The notes below the pieces were generated by a model. It saw only the letters and a program-made list of their open reading frames with translations. It did no database searches and had not been told where the DNA came from. 64,000 bases of DNA from positions 2,528,001-2,592,000 of the forward strand of contig CAVTTN010000002.1 in assembly GCA_963737655.1 (NCBI GenBank), written 5' to 3'. The translations under genes were made by a program, and so were the position numbers. Shown here piece after piece: positions 43,101 to 52,323 of this stretch. Origin of the DNA: an uncultured Planctomycetota bacterium (GTDB taxonomy: Bacteria; Planctomycetota; Planctomycetia; Isosphaerales; Isosphaeraceae). How positions within the stretch are numbered: the stretch's first letter is position 1; every line of letters starts with the position of its first letter.

Positions 43101-44229
43101 GCGAGGCCCCCATGGAATCGAGCACGCCGCGGATCGCCTCGGCCGGGGCCTCCGCCGGCTCGACCCGGCCGATCTCCCGGGGCAGGACGAACCGGATCCG
43201 CCCCCCCTGGTTCTTCTTGTCGCGGGTCATGGCGTCGAGGAGGGCGTCGGGGTCGAGCCTGGGGGCCGAGGTCGGCAGCCCGAAGCGCTCCAGGAGGGCC
43301 CGGACTCGTGACGTGACCTCCGGCCCGATCCAGCCGAGGTGCTGGGCCAGCCGGCACTCGGCCACCATCCCCACGGCCACGGCCTCGCCATGCTGGAACC
43401 CGCCGTCGTAGCCGGCCACGGCCTCGATCGCATGCCCGATCGTATGGCCGAAGTTCAAGACCGCCCGGAGGCCCGTCTCCTCCCTCTCGTCCTTCGCCAC
43501 CACCTCGGCCTTCAGCTCGCAGCTCCGGGCGATCAGGCGGACGGCCTCCGAAGGTTCGTCGCCGACGATCGACTCGGCCCGCGATTCCAGCGTTTCGAAG
43601 AACGCGGCATCCAGGATCACTCCATATTTCACCACTTCGGCCAGCCCGCAGCGCAATTCGCGAACCGGGAGCGTTTGGAGGGTCTCGACGTCGATCCAGA
43701 CGCCCATCGGCTGATGGAACGCGCCGATGAGGTTCTTGGCCTTCGGGTGATTCACGCCGACCTTGCCGCCGACGGAGCTATCGACCTGGGCCAGCAGGGT
43801 GGTGGGGACCATCAGCAGGGGCAGGCCCCGGGCGAACGTCGCCGCGACGAACCCCGCGAGGTCGCCGACGACCCCTCCTCCGATGGCCACGATCGCGAAA
43901 TGGCGGTCGGCCCGGAGCTCGATCAATCGGTCGTAGATCCTCGACGCCCGCTCCAGGGTCTTCGACGCCTCGCCGGGCGGGATGGCCTCGACCGTCGTGG
44001 CCACTCCGCTGCCTCGGAGGGCGTCGGCGAACGGCTTGACCAGCGGGGCGACGTTCTGATCGGTGACGATCAGGCCCCTCCGGCACGAACGACCGGCCCA
44101 CGTCCCATCCAGGGCCGACCGGGCGAACGGGCCGAATCGCTCGGGCGCTCCTCGGACGATCCGAACGTCGTACGAACGCTCGCCCAGGGGGACGAGCACG
44201 GAGCAGTCGGGGTCCACAGTCGCGGGCAA
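43090..44229 (-). CDS. aroB: 3-dehydroquinate synthase
   Basis: GGGVVGDLAGF, PTTLLAQVDSSVGGK, KNLIGAFHQP, LNFGHTIGHAIE. Confidence 0.95.
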   Translation of the reverse strand: MPATVDPDCSVLVPLGERSYDVRIVRGAPERFGPFARSALDGTWAGRSCRRGLIVTDQNVAPLVKPFADALRGSGVATTVEAIPPGEASKTLERASRIYDRLIELRADRHFAIVAIGGGVVGDLAGFVAATFARGLPLLMVPTTLLAQVDSSVGGKVGVNHPKAKNLIGAFHQPMGVWIDVETLQTLPVRELRCGLAEVVKYGVILDAAFFETLESRAESIVGDEPSEAVRLIARSCELKAEVVAKDEREETGLRAVLNFGHTIGHAIEAVAGYDGGFQHGEAVAVGMVAECRLAQHLGWIGPEVTSRVRALLERFGLPTSAPRLDPDALLDAMTRDKKNQGGRIRFVLPREIGRVEPAEAPAEAIRGVLDSMGASRDG

Positions 44230-44349
44230 GGGCGAGGCCTCCTCATCGTCGGCGAGGGAGGCCCGATTCTAGCGGCCGACGAGGCCGCCGGGAAGCCGGG
44301 ACGTGCCGTCGGGCCGCCCCAGATCGGGACGGCCCGACGGCTCAATCGC

Positions 44350-45810
44350 TCACTTCTGGGGCGAGGCCGAGGCGGCCGGGGCCTCCGTCGTGGCCTGAGG
44401 CGTGGCCTGGGCCGAGGCCGCCGTCTGGGCCGAATAGACCACCGGCACCATCATGCAGGTCGTGACCGGGACCTGCTTGCTCACGTAGCGGGTCTGGCAC
44501 GTCATGACCGTCACCGGCACCTGCTCGGGGACGGTGACCGGCACCTGGCGGGTGTAGGTCTCGTTGACCTGGCGGGCCTGGGGGACCATCACCGTGACCT
44601 GGAACTGCTCGGGGACGGTGACCGGCACCTGGCGGGTGTAGGTCTCGTTGACCTGGCGGGCCTGGGGGACCATCACCGTGACCTGGAACTGCTCGGGGAC
44701 GGTGACCGGCACCTGGCGGGTGTAGGTCTCGTTGACCTGGCGGGCCTGGGGGACCATCACCGTGACCTGGAACTGCTCGGGGACGGTGACCGGCACCTGG
44801 CGGGTCAGGGTCTCGGCGACCATCCGGGTCTGGACGGTCGCGACCATGTGCGTCTGCTGCTGGGGGACCATCTTCATCGTGGTCACCGGGACGTTCTCGA
44901 CCATCTGCTGGGGGACGTTCACCATCGTCTGGACCGGGACCTGACGGGTCTGCATCGTCGGGACGTACTGGGTCTCGGTCACGTTGCGGACCACCTGCTG
45001 AGGCGTCGGGGCCGACTGGGCGCTGGCCGCCGCCTGGCCGCTCGCGGTGGTCCCGGCCGCCGAGTTCACCCACTCGGCAACCTGACGGGTCACCGAGACC
45101 GGCTGATTGACCATGTACGTCTCGTTCACGTACGACGTCTGCGGGACCTGCCGGCAGACCGTGTAGGCCCTCTGCTGATAGGTCGTCTCGGGGACCGGCA
45201 CCATCACCGTGGTCGTCTGAGGGACCTGGACCGTCTCGTAAACCGGCCGATTGACGACGTAGTTCTCGCTGCGGAACTCGGTCCGGTAGCGGGTCTGGGT
45301 CTGGGTCGTCGGCACCTGCTCGACCACGGTGCGAGTCACCGGCACCTGCTCGGTGCGGAACTCGGTCCGATAGCGGGTCTGGGTCTGGGTCGTCGGTACG
45401 TTCTCGACGACCGTCCTCGTCACCGGCACCTGCTCGGTGCGGAACTCGGTCCGATAGCGGGTCTGGGTCTGGGTCGTCGGCACCTGCTCGACCACGGTGC
45501 GAGTCACCGGCACCTGCTCGGTGCGATATTCGGTCCGGTAGCGGGTCTGCATCTGAGTGACCGGGACCTGCTCGACGACCGCCTCGGTGACCGTCTGATA
45601 GGTCGTCTGGTACTGCGGGACCATCGTGACCATCGACCCGCAGTAGGAACCGACAGACCCGCACGCCGAGGCATAGGCGACGGCCGGCCCGGTCCCGGCG
45701 CAGAGGCTCATCCCCTTGCCGCACTTGTGACACGCCAGCGCCTCGCCACTCAGGGCCAGCAAGGCCAAGGGCGACGCCAGCCACATGCTCCTCTTCATCC
45801 CGATTCTCAT
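44350..45810 (-). CDS. Secreted V/T/Q/P-rich repeat protein (planctomycete YTV-type envelope protein)
   Basis: Signal peptide, Cys-rich N-terminus, YTVC motif, two blocks of 28-aa (84-bp) repeats. Confidence 0.85.
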   Translation of the reverse strand: MRIGMKRSMWLASPLALLALSGEALACHKCGKGMSLCAGTGPAVAYASACGSVGSYCGSMVTMVPQYQTTYQTVTEAVVEQVPVTQMQTRYRTEYRTEQVPVTRTVVEQVPTTQTQTRYRTEFRTEQVPVTRTVVENVPTTQTQTRYRTEFRTEQVPVTRTVVEQVPTTQTQTRYRTEFRSENYVVNRPVYETVQVPQTTTVMVPVPETTYQQRAYTVCRQVPQTSYVNETYMVNQPVSVTRQVAEWVNSAAGTTASGQAAASAQSAPTPQQVVRNVTETQYVPTMQTRQVPVQTMVNVPQQMVENVPVTTMKMVPQQQTHMVATVQTRMVAETLTRQVPVTVPEQFQVTVMVPQARQVNETYTRQVPVTVPEQFQVTVMVPQARQVNETYTRQVPVTVPEQFQVTVMVPQARQVNETYTRQVPVTVPEQVPVTVMTCQTRYVSKQVPVTTCMMVPVVYSAQTAASAQATPQATTEAPAASASPQK

Positions 45811-45936
45811 GATGCAACCCCCGTGGATTTCCGAGAGCGCGCAGGCGATCGCGAACCACGCGGTCGCCGCGGGCCCTCCAAGTCTCGCACTTCCCCAATC
45901 TCGCGTCCCCTATGTAACGCGAACGCCCGGGAAGAT

Positions 45937-45952
45937 TCAATCCCCGTGCCTA
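45937..45952 (-). promoter_or_regulatory. Putative sigma54 (-24/-12) promoter for the YTV-type gene
   Basis: Minus strand reads AGGCACG-ggga-TTGA versus consensus TGGCACG-N4-TTGC; an AT-rich tract lies directly upstream. Confidence 0.45.
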
Positions 45953-46079
45953 GAACCCCGAGAAGTAGCCTTTTTCCTATTTTGTTCTTGAGAAGATAGG
46001 GGAAATACATTAACGCCGGGTTTTCTGGGGGACGATGTAAGCCGGGTAAGCCGCCGCATTCGCGAAGAGGATTTCCTCG

Positions 46080-46616
46080 ATGATTCCAGCCAAGATCCTG
46101 GGGAAATCGCCGTCTCGGACCCTAGGCCTGATGGCGATCGCGGCGGCCCTGGGCGTCGCGGACGAGGCGAGGGGACAGGGCCCCGCGATGTCACTCGACG
46201 CGCTCACCCGAATGACACCCGCGCAGCTCGACGCCCTTTATGGGAACGCGATTGCCGGCCCGGTGCCGACCGGCCGCGTCAAGGGAAGGGCCTTGCTCCG
46301 ACCCGGGACGCGGCTGGGCCCGGCGATCTCCCGAGGGGCGGGCGTGGCGTGGCAGGGCAAGGTGTTCGAGGGGGATGGCACCTCGATCAACCGCTTCTTC
46401 GGCCTCAAGATGATCCGCGCCCGGGTCGCCCCGGGCCCGAGCTGGCGAGACGGCGCCCCGGCGACGATCCTGGACTACAGCCAGACGTCTCGCGTCTACG
46501 CGAGATATCGGGACGAGCTCCGGATGGTCGCCCCGGGCCTCTGGCTCGGCCTCATGTACGACCGATCCAATCCCCCTCAGCTCAAGATGTACTTCGCCAT
46601 CGAAGAGGCGAGGTGA
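46080..46616 (+). CDS. Secreted hypothetical protein (WQGKVF...LDY...RDELR family)
   Basis: Signal-like N-terminus; conserved-looking motifs; exact start uncertain. Confidence 0.7.
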   Translation: MIPAKILGKSPSRTLGLMAIAAALGVADEARGQGPAMSLDALTRMTPAQLDALYGNAIAGPVPTGRVKGRALLRPGTRLGPAISRGAGVAWQGKVFEGDGTSINRFFGLKMIRARVAPGPSWRDGAPATILDYSQTSRVYARYRDELRMVAPGLWLGLMYDRSNPPQLKMYFAIEEAR

Positions 46617-46679
46617 GGTGAGGCGAGAGGGACCGCCGGGCGGCGGAATCGACTCCCGGCCGCGACCCCCGGGCCCTTC

Positions 46680-46764
46680 GGGTGGCATGCTTACGTCCGC
46701 GTCAGCATGACTTCGATTCGCGCCCGACCGAAGACATGCTGACGCGGACGTAAGCATGCCACCC
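46680..46764. repeat. REP doublet (GGGTGGCATGC family) between convergent genes
   Basis: gggtggcatgcttacgtccgcgtcagcatg ... catgctgacgcggacgtaagcatgccaccc. Confidence 0.88.
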
Positions 46765-46836
46765 ATGAGGAGACGTGAGAGGCTTGCCGGTACGAGGACG
46801 AACGCCGATTCGATCCTCCACCGGGGGCCGAATTCC

Positions 46837-48470
46837 TCAGGAGCCGAGCCAGCCCGGCATCTCGCCGGCCTCGGGCAGCTTGATCAGGCTGACGCTGAGG
46901 ATGTCGGGGTGGGCCTGGACCTCGGCGAGGGCCTCGTCGGACGGGACCACGTCGAGGTTCACCACGCCGATCGCCTCGCCCCCCGGCTGCTTCCGACCCA
47001 CGTTCATCTGGGCGATGTTCACCCCGTGGCGGCCGAACGTGGTGCCGATGAACCCGATCAGGCCGGGGCGGTCGTAGTGGGTGAAGACCAGGATCGGCCC
47101 GTCCATGTGGGCGTCCAGCCGGTACGGGCCGATCTGCACGAGCCTCACGAACTGCTTGCCGAACAGCGTGCCCGAGGCCAGGTACGCCTTCTTCTCGGTC
47201 ACGACCTCGGACTGGATCATCGTGCCGAAGTCGCCGGTGTCGGTCGATTTCTCCTCGACCAGGGCGATCCCGCGATCCTTCAGCAGGGATTCGGCATTGA
47301 CGAGGTTGACCTGCCCTTCCAGGGCCGCCTCCATCCAGCCGGCGGCGAAGCTCGCGGTGATCAGCCGGGTATTCTTCCCGGCCACTTCGCCCCGATACCG
47401 CAAGGTGGCCTGGCGGACGGTCCCGCGGTCCATCTGGGCGTGGAGCATCCCGAGCCGACGGCCCAGGTCGAGGTAGAGCTTCAGGTCCTCGAGCTCGGCC
47501 CCGCTGAGCGACGGCATGTTCACGGCGAACCGGACCTGCCCCCGGCCGAGGAAGTCGATCAGGAGGCGAGCGGCCTCGACGGCCACCGCCACCTGGGCCT
47601 CCTCGGTCGAGGCGCCGAGGTGAGGCGTGACGATCACTCCGGGGTGCTTGATCAGAGGATGGTCGGCCGGAGGCGGCTCGGGGTCGAACACGTCGATGGC
47701 GGCGCCGGCGACCTTCCCGGCGTTCAGGGCGTCGAGCAGGGCGGCCTCGTCGATCAGCCCGCCTCGGGCGCAGTTGATGATCCGCACCCCGGGCTTCATC
47801 TTCGCCAGGGCCGCCGCGTCGATCAGGTTCCGCGTCTCGGCCGAAAGCGGTGTGTGCAGGGTGAAATAATCGCAACGGGGCCAGAGGTCATCGACGCCCG
47901 GGACGCTCTCGATGCCGAGCTCCTGCGCCCTCTCGGCCGAGAGGAAGGGGTCGAAGCCGACGACCTTCATCTCGAACCCCCGGGCCTCTGCGCCACGGCC
48001 AGGCCGACCCGTCCCAGCCCGATGATCCCCAGCGTCTTGCCTTCGAGCTGCGTCCCGGTGAACTTCGACCGCTCCCACTTGCCGGCCTTCAGGCTGTCAT
48101 TGGCCCTGGGGATGTTCCGCGAGAGGGCCAGGATCATCCCCACGGTGTGCTCGGCCGTGGAGACCGTGTTGCCCCCGGGCGTATTCATGACCACGATCCC
48201 CTGGCGGGTCGCCGAGGGGACGTCGATGTTGTCCACGCCCACCCCGGCGCGGACGATCGCCTTCAGGCGCGTCTGGCCGTCGAGGATCTCGGGCGTCAGG
48301 GTGGTCCCCGAGCGGATCACGATCCCATCGGCCTCGGCCAGGGCGGCGCGGAGGGCCGGGATGTCCCCGGCGAGCTTCGGGTTGACGACCACTTCGATCG
48401 ACGGCTCGGCCCGGAGCAGCTCCAGGCCCTCTTCGGAGAGCTTATCCGTCACCAGCACGCGATGAGGCAC
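46837..48470 (-). CDS. serA: D-3-phosphoglycerate dehydrogenase; frameshift near 47985
   Basis: RAGVGVDNID, GLGRVG, INCARGG, TPHLGASTEEAQ, ASB and ACT domains (DRPGLIG); GTG start with a GAGGAG RBS. Confidence 0.93.
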
Positions 48471-48530
48471 GGTCCGAAACTCCTCGACCAACAGCACGAC
48501 TCGACGGGCACGACCCCATCTCCGAGACGG

Positions 48531-49409
48531 TCACCGTGTTCGGGCAACCTGCTCCGGGATCATACCGCGATCGAGGTCGAACGTCATGCCCCCATCGAGG
48601 GTCGAGACGCGAGGGGCCGCCGGCCCGGTCTCGGGAGGAGGGCCGTCGCCTCCGCCGGCCTCGGCGACTTTCAGGGCGGTCCCGGCCGGCGCCCGGGCGT
48701 CGATCACCACGACCTGGCCGGGGCCGAAGACCTCGAACTTCCGGCCCGAGACGATCACGGCCATCGTCTCGTCGATCCCCACGCCGATCAGGTCCGGGTG
48801 ATCGGCCACCGCGTGCGCCAGGCGAGGGGTCCGCCGGAGCTTCAGGAAGTGCTGATCGACGATCACCTCGGGCCACAAACCGAAACCCTGGCCCAGGATC
48901 GGATAATTGGCGAGGTCGCGGCCCGGGTCGTCCCCGCCCCGGGCGATCATCACTCGCGACATCGCGGAGGCGCCCGCGCTGGTGCCGCCGACGACCCCTC
49001 CGGCGTGATAGCGGCGGACGATCTCCTGGTCCAGCCCCGCGGCGGTCAGGCGGTTGACCAGGCGGACCTGATCGCCTCCGCCCATCCAGATCAGGTCGGC
49101 CCGGCGGATGGCCTCGGTCGCGGCGGCCACGTCGGCCAGGTCCAGGACCTCGACGTTCTCCGCGCCGATCTCTCGCCATCTCCGGGCGCCGACCTCGCCG
49201 GCATCGGCCAGGTTGGACGCCTGGGGGAGGACCAGGATGCGGGCCCGATCCCCTCCGGCGAGTTCCAGGGCCCGGGTCCTCAGGGCCAGCGACGATTTGC
49301 CGCCTCCCTGGATGATCAGGGTGCCCGAGGCGGGGTTGGCTGCCTCCGGAACGGGCGAGATGCCCAGTCCCAGGGCAGCCATCGAGGCCATTGTCCAGAG
49401 CGCCATCAT
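48531..49409 (-). CDS. Cyanophycinase-like S51 peptidase with signal peptide
   Basis: GGGDQ, GTSAGA, DQHF, GIDE. Confidence 0.88.
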   Translation of the reverse strand: MMALWTMASMAALGLGISPVPEAANPASGTLIIQGGGKSSLALRTRALELAGGDRARILVLPQASNLADAGEVGARRWREIGAENVEVLDLADVAAATEAIRRADLIWMGGGDQVRLVNRLTAAGLDQEIVRRYHAGGVVGGTSAGASAMSRVMIARGGDDPGRDLANYPILGQGFGLWPEVIVDQHFLKLRRTPRLAHAVADHPDLIGVGIDETMAVIVSGRKFEVFGPGQVVVIDARAPAGTALKVAEAGGGDGPPPETGPAAPRVSTLDGGMTFDLDRGMIPEQVARTR

Positions 49410-49624
49410 GGGTTCTTCTCCCGGCTCAAAGGGGGCGGGGCACCTTCGATCGCTCCCGGATCGTCTCGGGGATTTGCCGGGGGAGCGGCGTCGGGTTGTC
49501 GTTCCTCGCGACCGGGACGGAGCGGGCGGACGCTCGGCTTTCTCCTTCCTCTCCTACGTAGCTTAACAGACGTATGCAAGACATGCGCCGCGAAATTCGG
49601 AGGCCGGCCTCCCGAGACCACGGA

Positions 49625-49930
49625 TCAATCCTTCCGTCCTCCCAGGATCTTGCCGACCTCCTCGGAATCCGGGGGCCGCCACGAGTCGGGGGGTGGGGCC
49701 GGAGTCGGGCCCTTCGACGAGTTGTCGAGGCGACGGAAGGCGATGCCCAAAACGATCAGGGCGAACCCGGCCGCGGCCATCAGGGCCCCGGCGGTCCGCG
49801 AGCCTCCGGGGCCTCCCGCCGCCAGGAGCAACCCGGTCGCCACAACGACCCCGCCGAGCAGGACGACCCGCCATCTCCGGGCCGCTCCGCCGAAAAGGAC
49901 GTCGAACAGGACGGTGAAGAGCGAGTCCAT
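49625..49930 (-). CDS. Small membrane protein
   Basis: MDSLFTVLFD..., two TM segments, GAAGGGGG RBS-like. Confidence 0.5.
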   Translation of the reverse strand: MDSLFTVLFDVLFGGAARRWRVVLLGGVVVATGLLLAAGGPGGSRTAGALMAAAGFALIVLGIAFRRLDNSSKGPTPAPPPDSWRPPDSEEVGKILGGRKD

Positions 49931-50614
49931 CTGTCCCCCTTCGTCGAACGACCGGATCGGCCGGGCGTGAGGTCGGCCCGTTGGCGAGGGTATCGCCGCC
50001 GAAGCCGGGCGACAATCGGCGGCGGGTCGCGAGGGTGCGAATGCCTCCGATGGGTGGGCGAGGAGGCCGATGCATCGGGTCCGCGACCGGTCCGGAAATC
50101 GGTTGAAGTCGGACCCCTGAGGGTGCCGATGATTGATCTGGTGCGATCCGCCGACTCCGGTTAAAAGAGGCCCACCGCGAGTGGACGTGATGCCTTTCGA
50201 CGTTCGAGTCGTCCTGGCCAAGAGGGCCGGGTGGTCGAGGACTCAGGAGGCGTCCGAACTTGCGGGTCCGCCCGATCGGGGGACGTGCCATGACGGTGCG
50301 TTCGCCTCGGGCGGGCGGCATCCTTTCATGATGAAGGGATGTTCGGCCCTCGATCCGAGGCCGGTCCAGGGAAGGGCCGGGGCGTCTTGCCCCCGGCGAG
50401 ATGCTCTCCTCGCACCCGCCTCCTCCTTTCGCCTGACCCCGCCCCCGACTCGCTCGGGAGCGGTCCGGTCCGCGGTCTCGCCCGCCTGGGGCGGGGCTTC
50501 CCGGAAGACCTCCTCGGCTCGAACGGCCCCCCGGCGTCCCTCGACGCCGCCCGCCTTCCCTCGGCCTCGACCGGGGGACGTCGGCTCGCCCTCGGGGAAA
50601 GGAGTCCTCCCGGC

Positions 50615-52186
50615 ATGACGACCGCCACGCTCTTCCTCGCCCTGATCGCCTCGCCGGCCGCCAACGCGCCCGAGGCCCCGGTGATCCTGGACTTCACCGC
50701 GAGCTGGTGCGGCCCCTGCCAGCAGATGAAGCCGGCCGTCGAGCTCCTGAAGAAGAACGGATACCCCGTCCGGGCCGTCGATTACGACTCGTCGAAGGCC
50801 CTCGTCCAGAAATACCGGATCACCGGCGTCCCCACCTTCGTCGTCGTCGATGCCGACGGCCGGGAGCTCGGCCGGCTCGACGGCTTCCGCCCGGCGAAGG
50901 ACATCGCCGACCTCTACCGCTCCGCCAACGCCCGGGTCAGGGCCGCGGCGAAGGACGACGGAGGCGACGACGACGTCGACCCCGACGCCGCCACCCCGCC
51001 CGGAGCCGCCCCGGTCCGCGCCGAGACCCCTTCGGAAGAGGATTCCTCCGGCCGCCGGCCTTATCCGTGGGAAACCACGGTCCGCATCAAGATCGATAAC
51101 CCGTACAGCCGCCCGGCCTCCGTCGAGTTCGGCTCGGGGACCGTGATTTACAGCTCCCCGGAAGAGACGATCATCCTCACCTGCGCCCACATCTTCCGGG
51201 TCGGCAAGGGCTCGGCGCAGCCCCGTCCCGACAAGTTCAACCTGCCGATCGAGGTCCAGCTCTTCGACGGCATCCTCCACGGCACCGAGCCGGCGAGGGT
51301 CCACTACAAGGGCGAGTCGTACCGCGGCCAGGCGATCGATTACGACTTCGTCGGCGACGTGGGGCTGATCCGCATCCGGCCCGGCAAGAGGCTGAAGGTC
51401 TCGCCCGTCGTGCCCGCGGACTGGGTCCCCCGCGAGAAGACGAGGATGACGACCGTGGGTTCCTCGGCCGGTCGCGACGCCACCGCCTGGACGACCTGGA
51501 TCACCAAAACGCGAGTCTCCGGCCTCGTCGAATACCCCAACTACGAAGCCACCGAGTGCGCCTATGCCCCGATCCCGGGACGCTCGGGAGGCGGCCTCTA
51601 CACGATCGACGGCATGGTCGCCGGGGTCTGCGACTTCGCCGAGCCGACCGGCGGACACGGCCTGTACGCCTCGCCCCGGACCATCCATAAACTGCTCGAC
51701 CGCAACAAGCTGACGGTCTGCTACGCGCCCGACTCGGCCCGGCCGAGGGAAGGGTCGGGGTCCGGGACCCTGGTGGCCCAACAGAGTCGCGGATCGGCGA
51801 CGAAGCTCCGGGCGCAGTCCGGCCCGGACATGACGCCGAAGCCCAAGAAGTTGACGATCCCCAGCCCCGAGCAACTCAACGTCCCCCCCCTGAGCGATAC
51901 GGACCGAATGGCGCGCTCTCCCCGGAGGCCCTCGCCGTGGTCGGCCGGAGGGACGGCGGTCGCGGCGACGAACGCCCGGGTCAAGCAGGTCGCCATCCCG
52001 AGGGAAGCCGACGACGAGGACGACCGGCCGATGGCCACCGACATGACCATGCTCCCCTCGATCGACACCGAGGCCATCTCCGCCCTCCCCGAAGCCGCGC
52101 CGGCCGTCGTCGAGAAGCCCGAAGCCGCCACGAAGCCCACCGCCCCCGGGACCCCGCGCAGCCCGAAGGTCTGGAAAGCCAAGTAG
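50615..52186 (+). CDS. Thioredoxin + trypsin-like serine protease fusion
   Basis: Signal-like N-terminus; WCGPC; TCAH / GDVG / GRSGGG; disordered C-terminal tail. Confidence 0.85.
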   Translation: MTTATLFLALIASPAANAPEAPVILDFTASWCGPCQQMKPAVELLKKNGYPVRAVDYDSSKALVQKYRITGVPTFVVVDADGRELGRLDGFRPAKDIADLYRSANARVRAAAKDDGGDDDVDPDAATPPGAAPVRAETPSEEDSSGRRPYPWETTVRIKIDNPYSRPASVEFGSGTVIYSSPEETIILTCAHIFRVGKGSAQPRPDKFNLPIEVQLFDGILHGTEPARVHYKGESYRGQAIDYDFVGDVGLIRIRPGKRLKVSPVVPADWVPREKTRMTTVGSSAGRDATAWTTWITKTRVSGLVEYPNYEATECAYAPIPGRSGGGLYTIDGMVAGVCDFAEPTGGHGLYASPRTIHKLLDRNKLTVCYAPDSARPREGSGSGTLVAQQSRGSATKLRAQSGPDMTPKPKKLTIPSPEQLNVPPLSDTDRMARSPRRPSPWSAGGTAVAATNARVKQVAIPREADDEDDRPMATDMTMLPSIDTEAISALPEAAPAVVEKPEAATKPTAPGTPRSPKVWKAK

Positions 52187-52323
52187 GGTGCATGAAATGC
52201 ACCAACAAGGCGGCGGCCGAAGGCCGCCCCCCGATCGCTCCTCGTGACGTGTCCATCGGACGGGAAACGAGGCGGTAAGCGGCCTCCGGCCGCTGCGGGT
52301 TTGGTGCATTGCATGCACCCTAC
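52183..52323. repeat. GTAG REPIN between convergent genes
   Basis: gtagggtgcatgaaatgcacc ... ggtgcattgcatgcaccctac; both flanking genes end on its TAG. Confidence 0.88.

Noticed and set aside
47960..48000. Programmed ribosomal frameshifting in serA and the other split genes
   Set aside because: No canonical slippery heptamers seen; indels are scattered across unrelated genes, which fits assembly error better.
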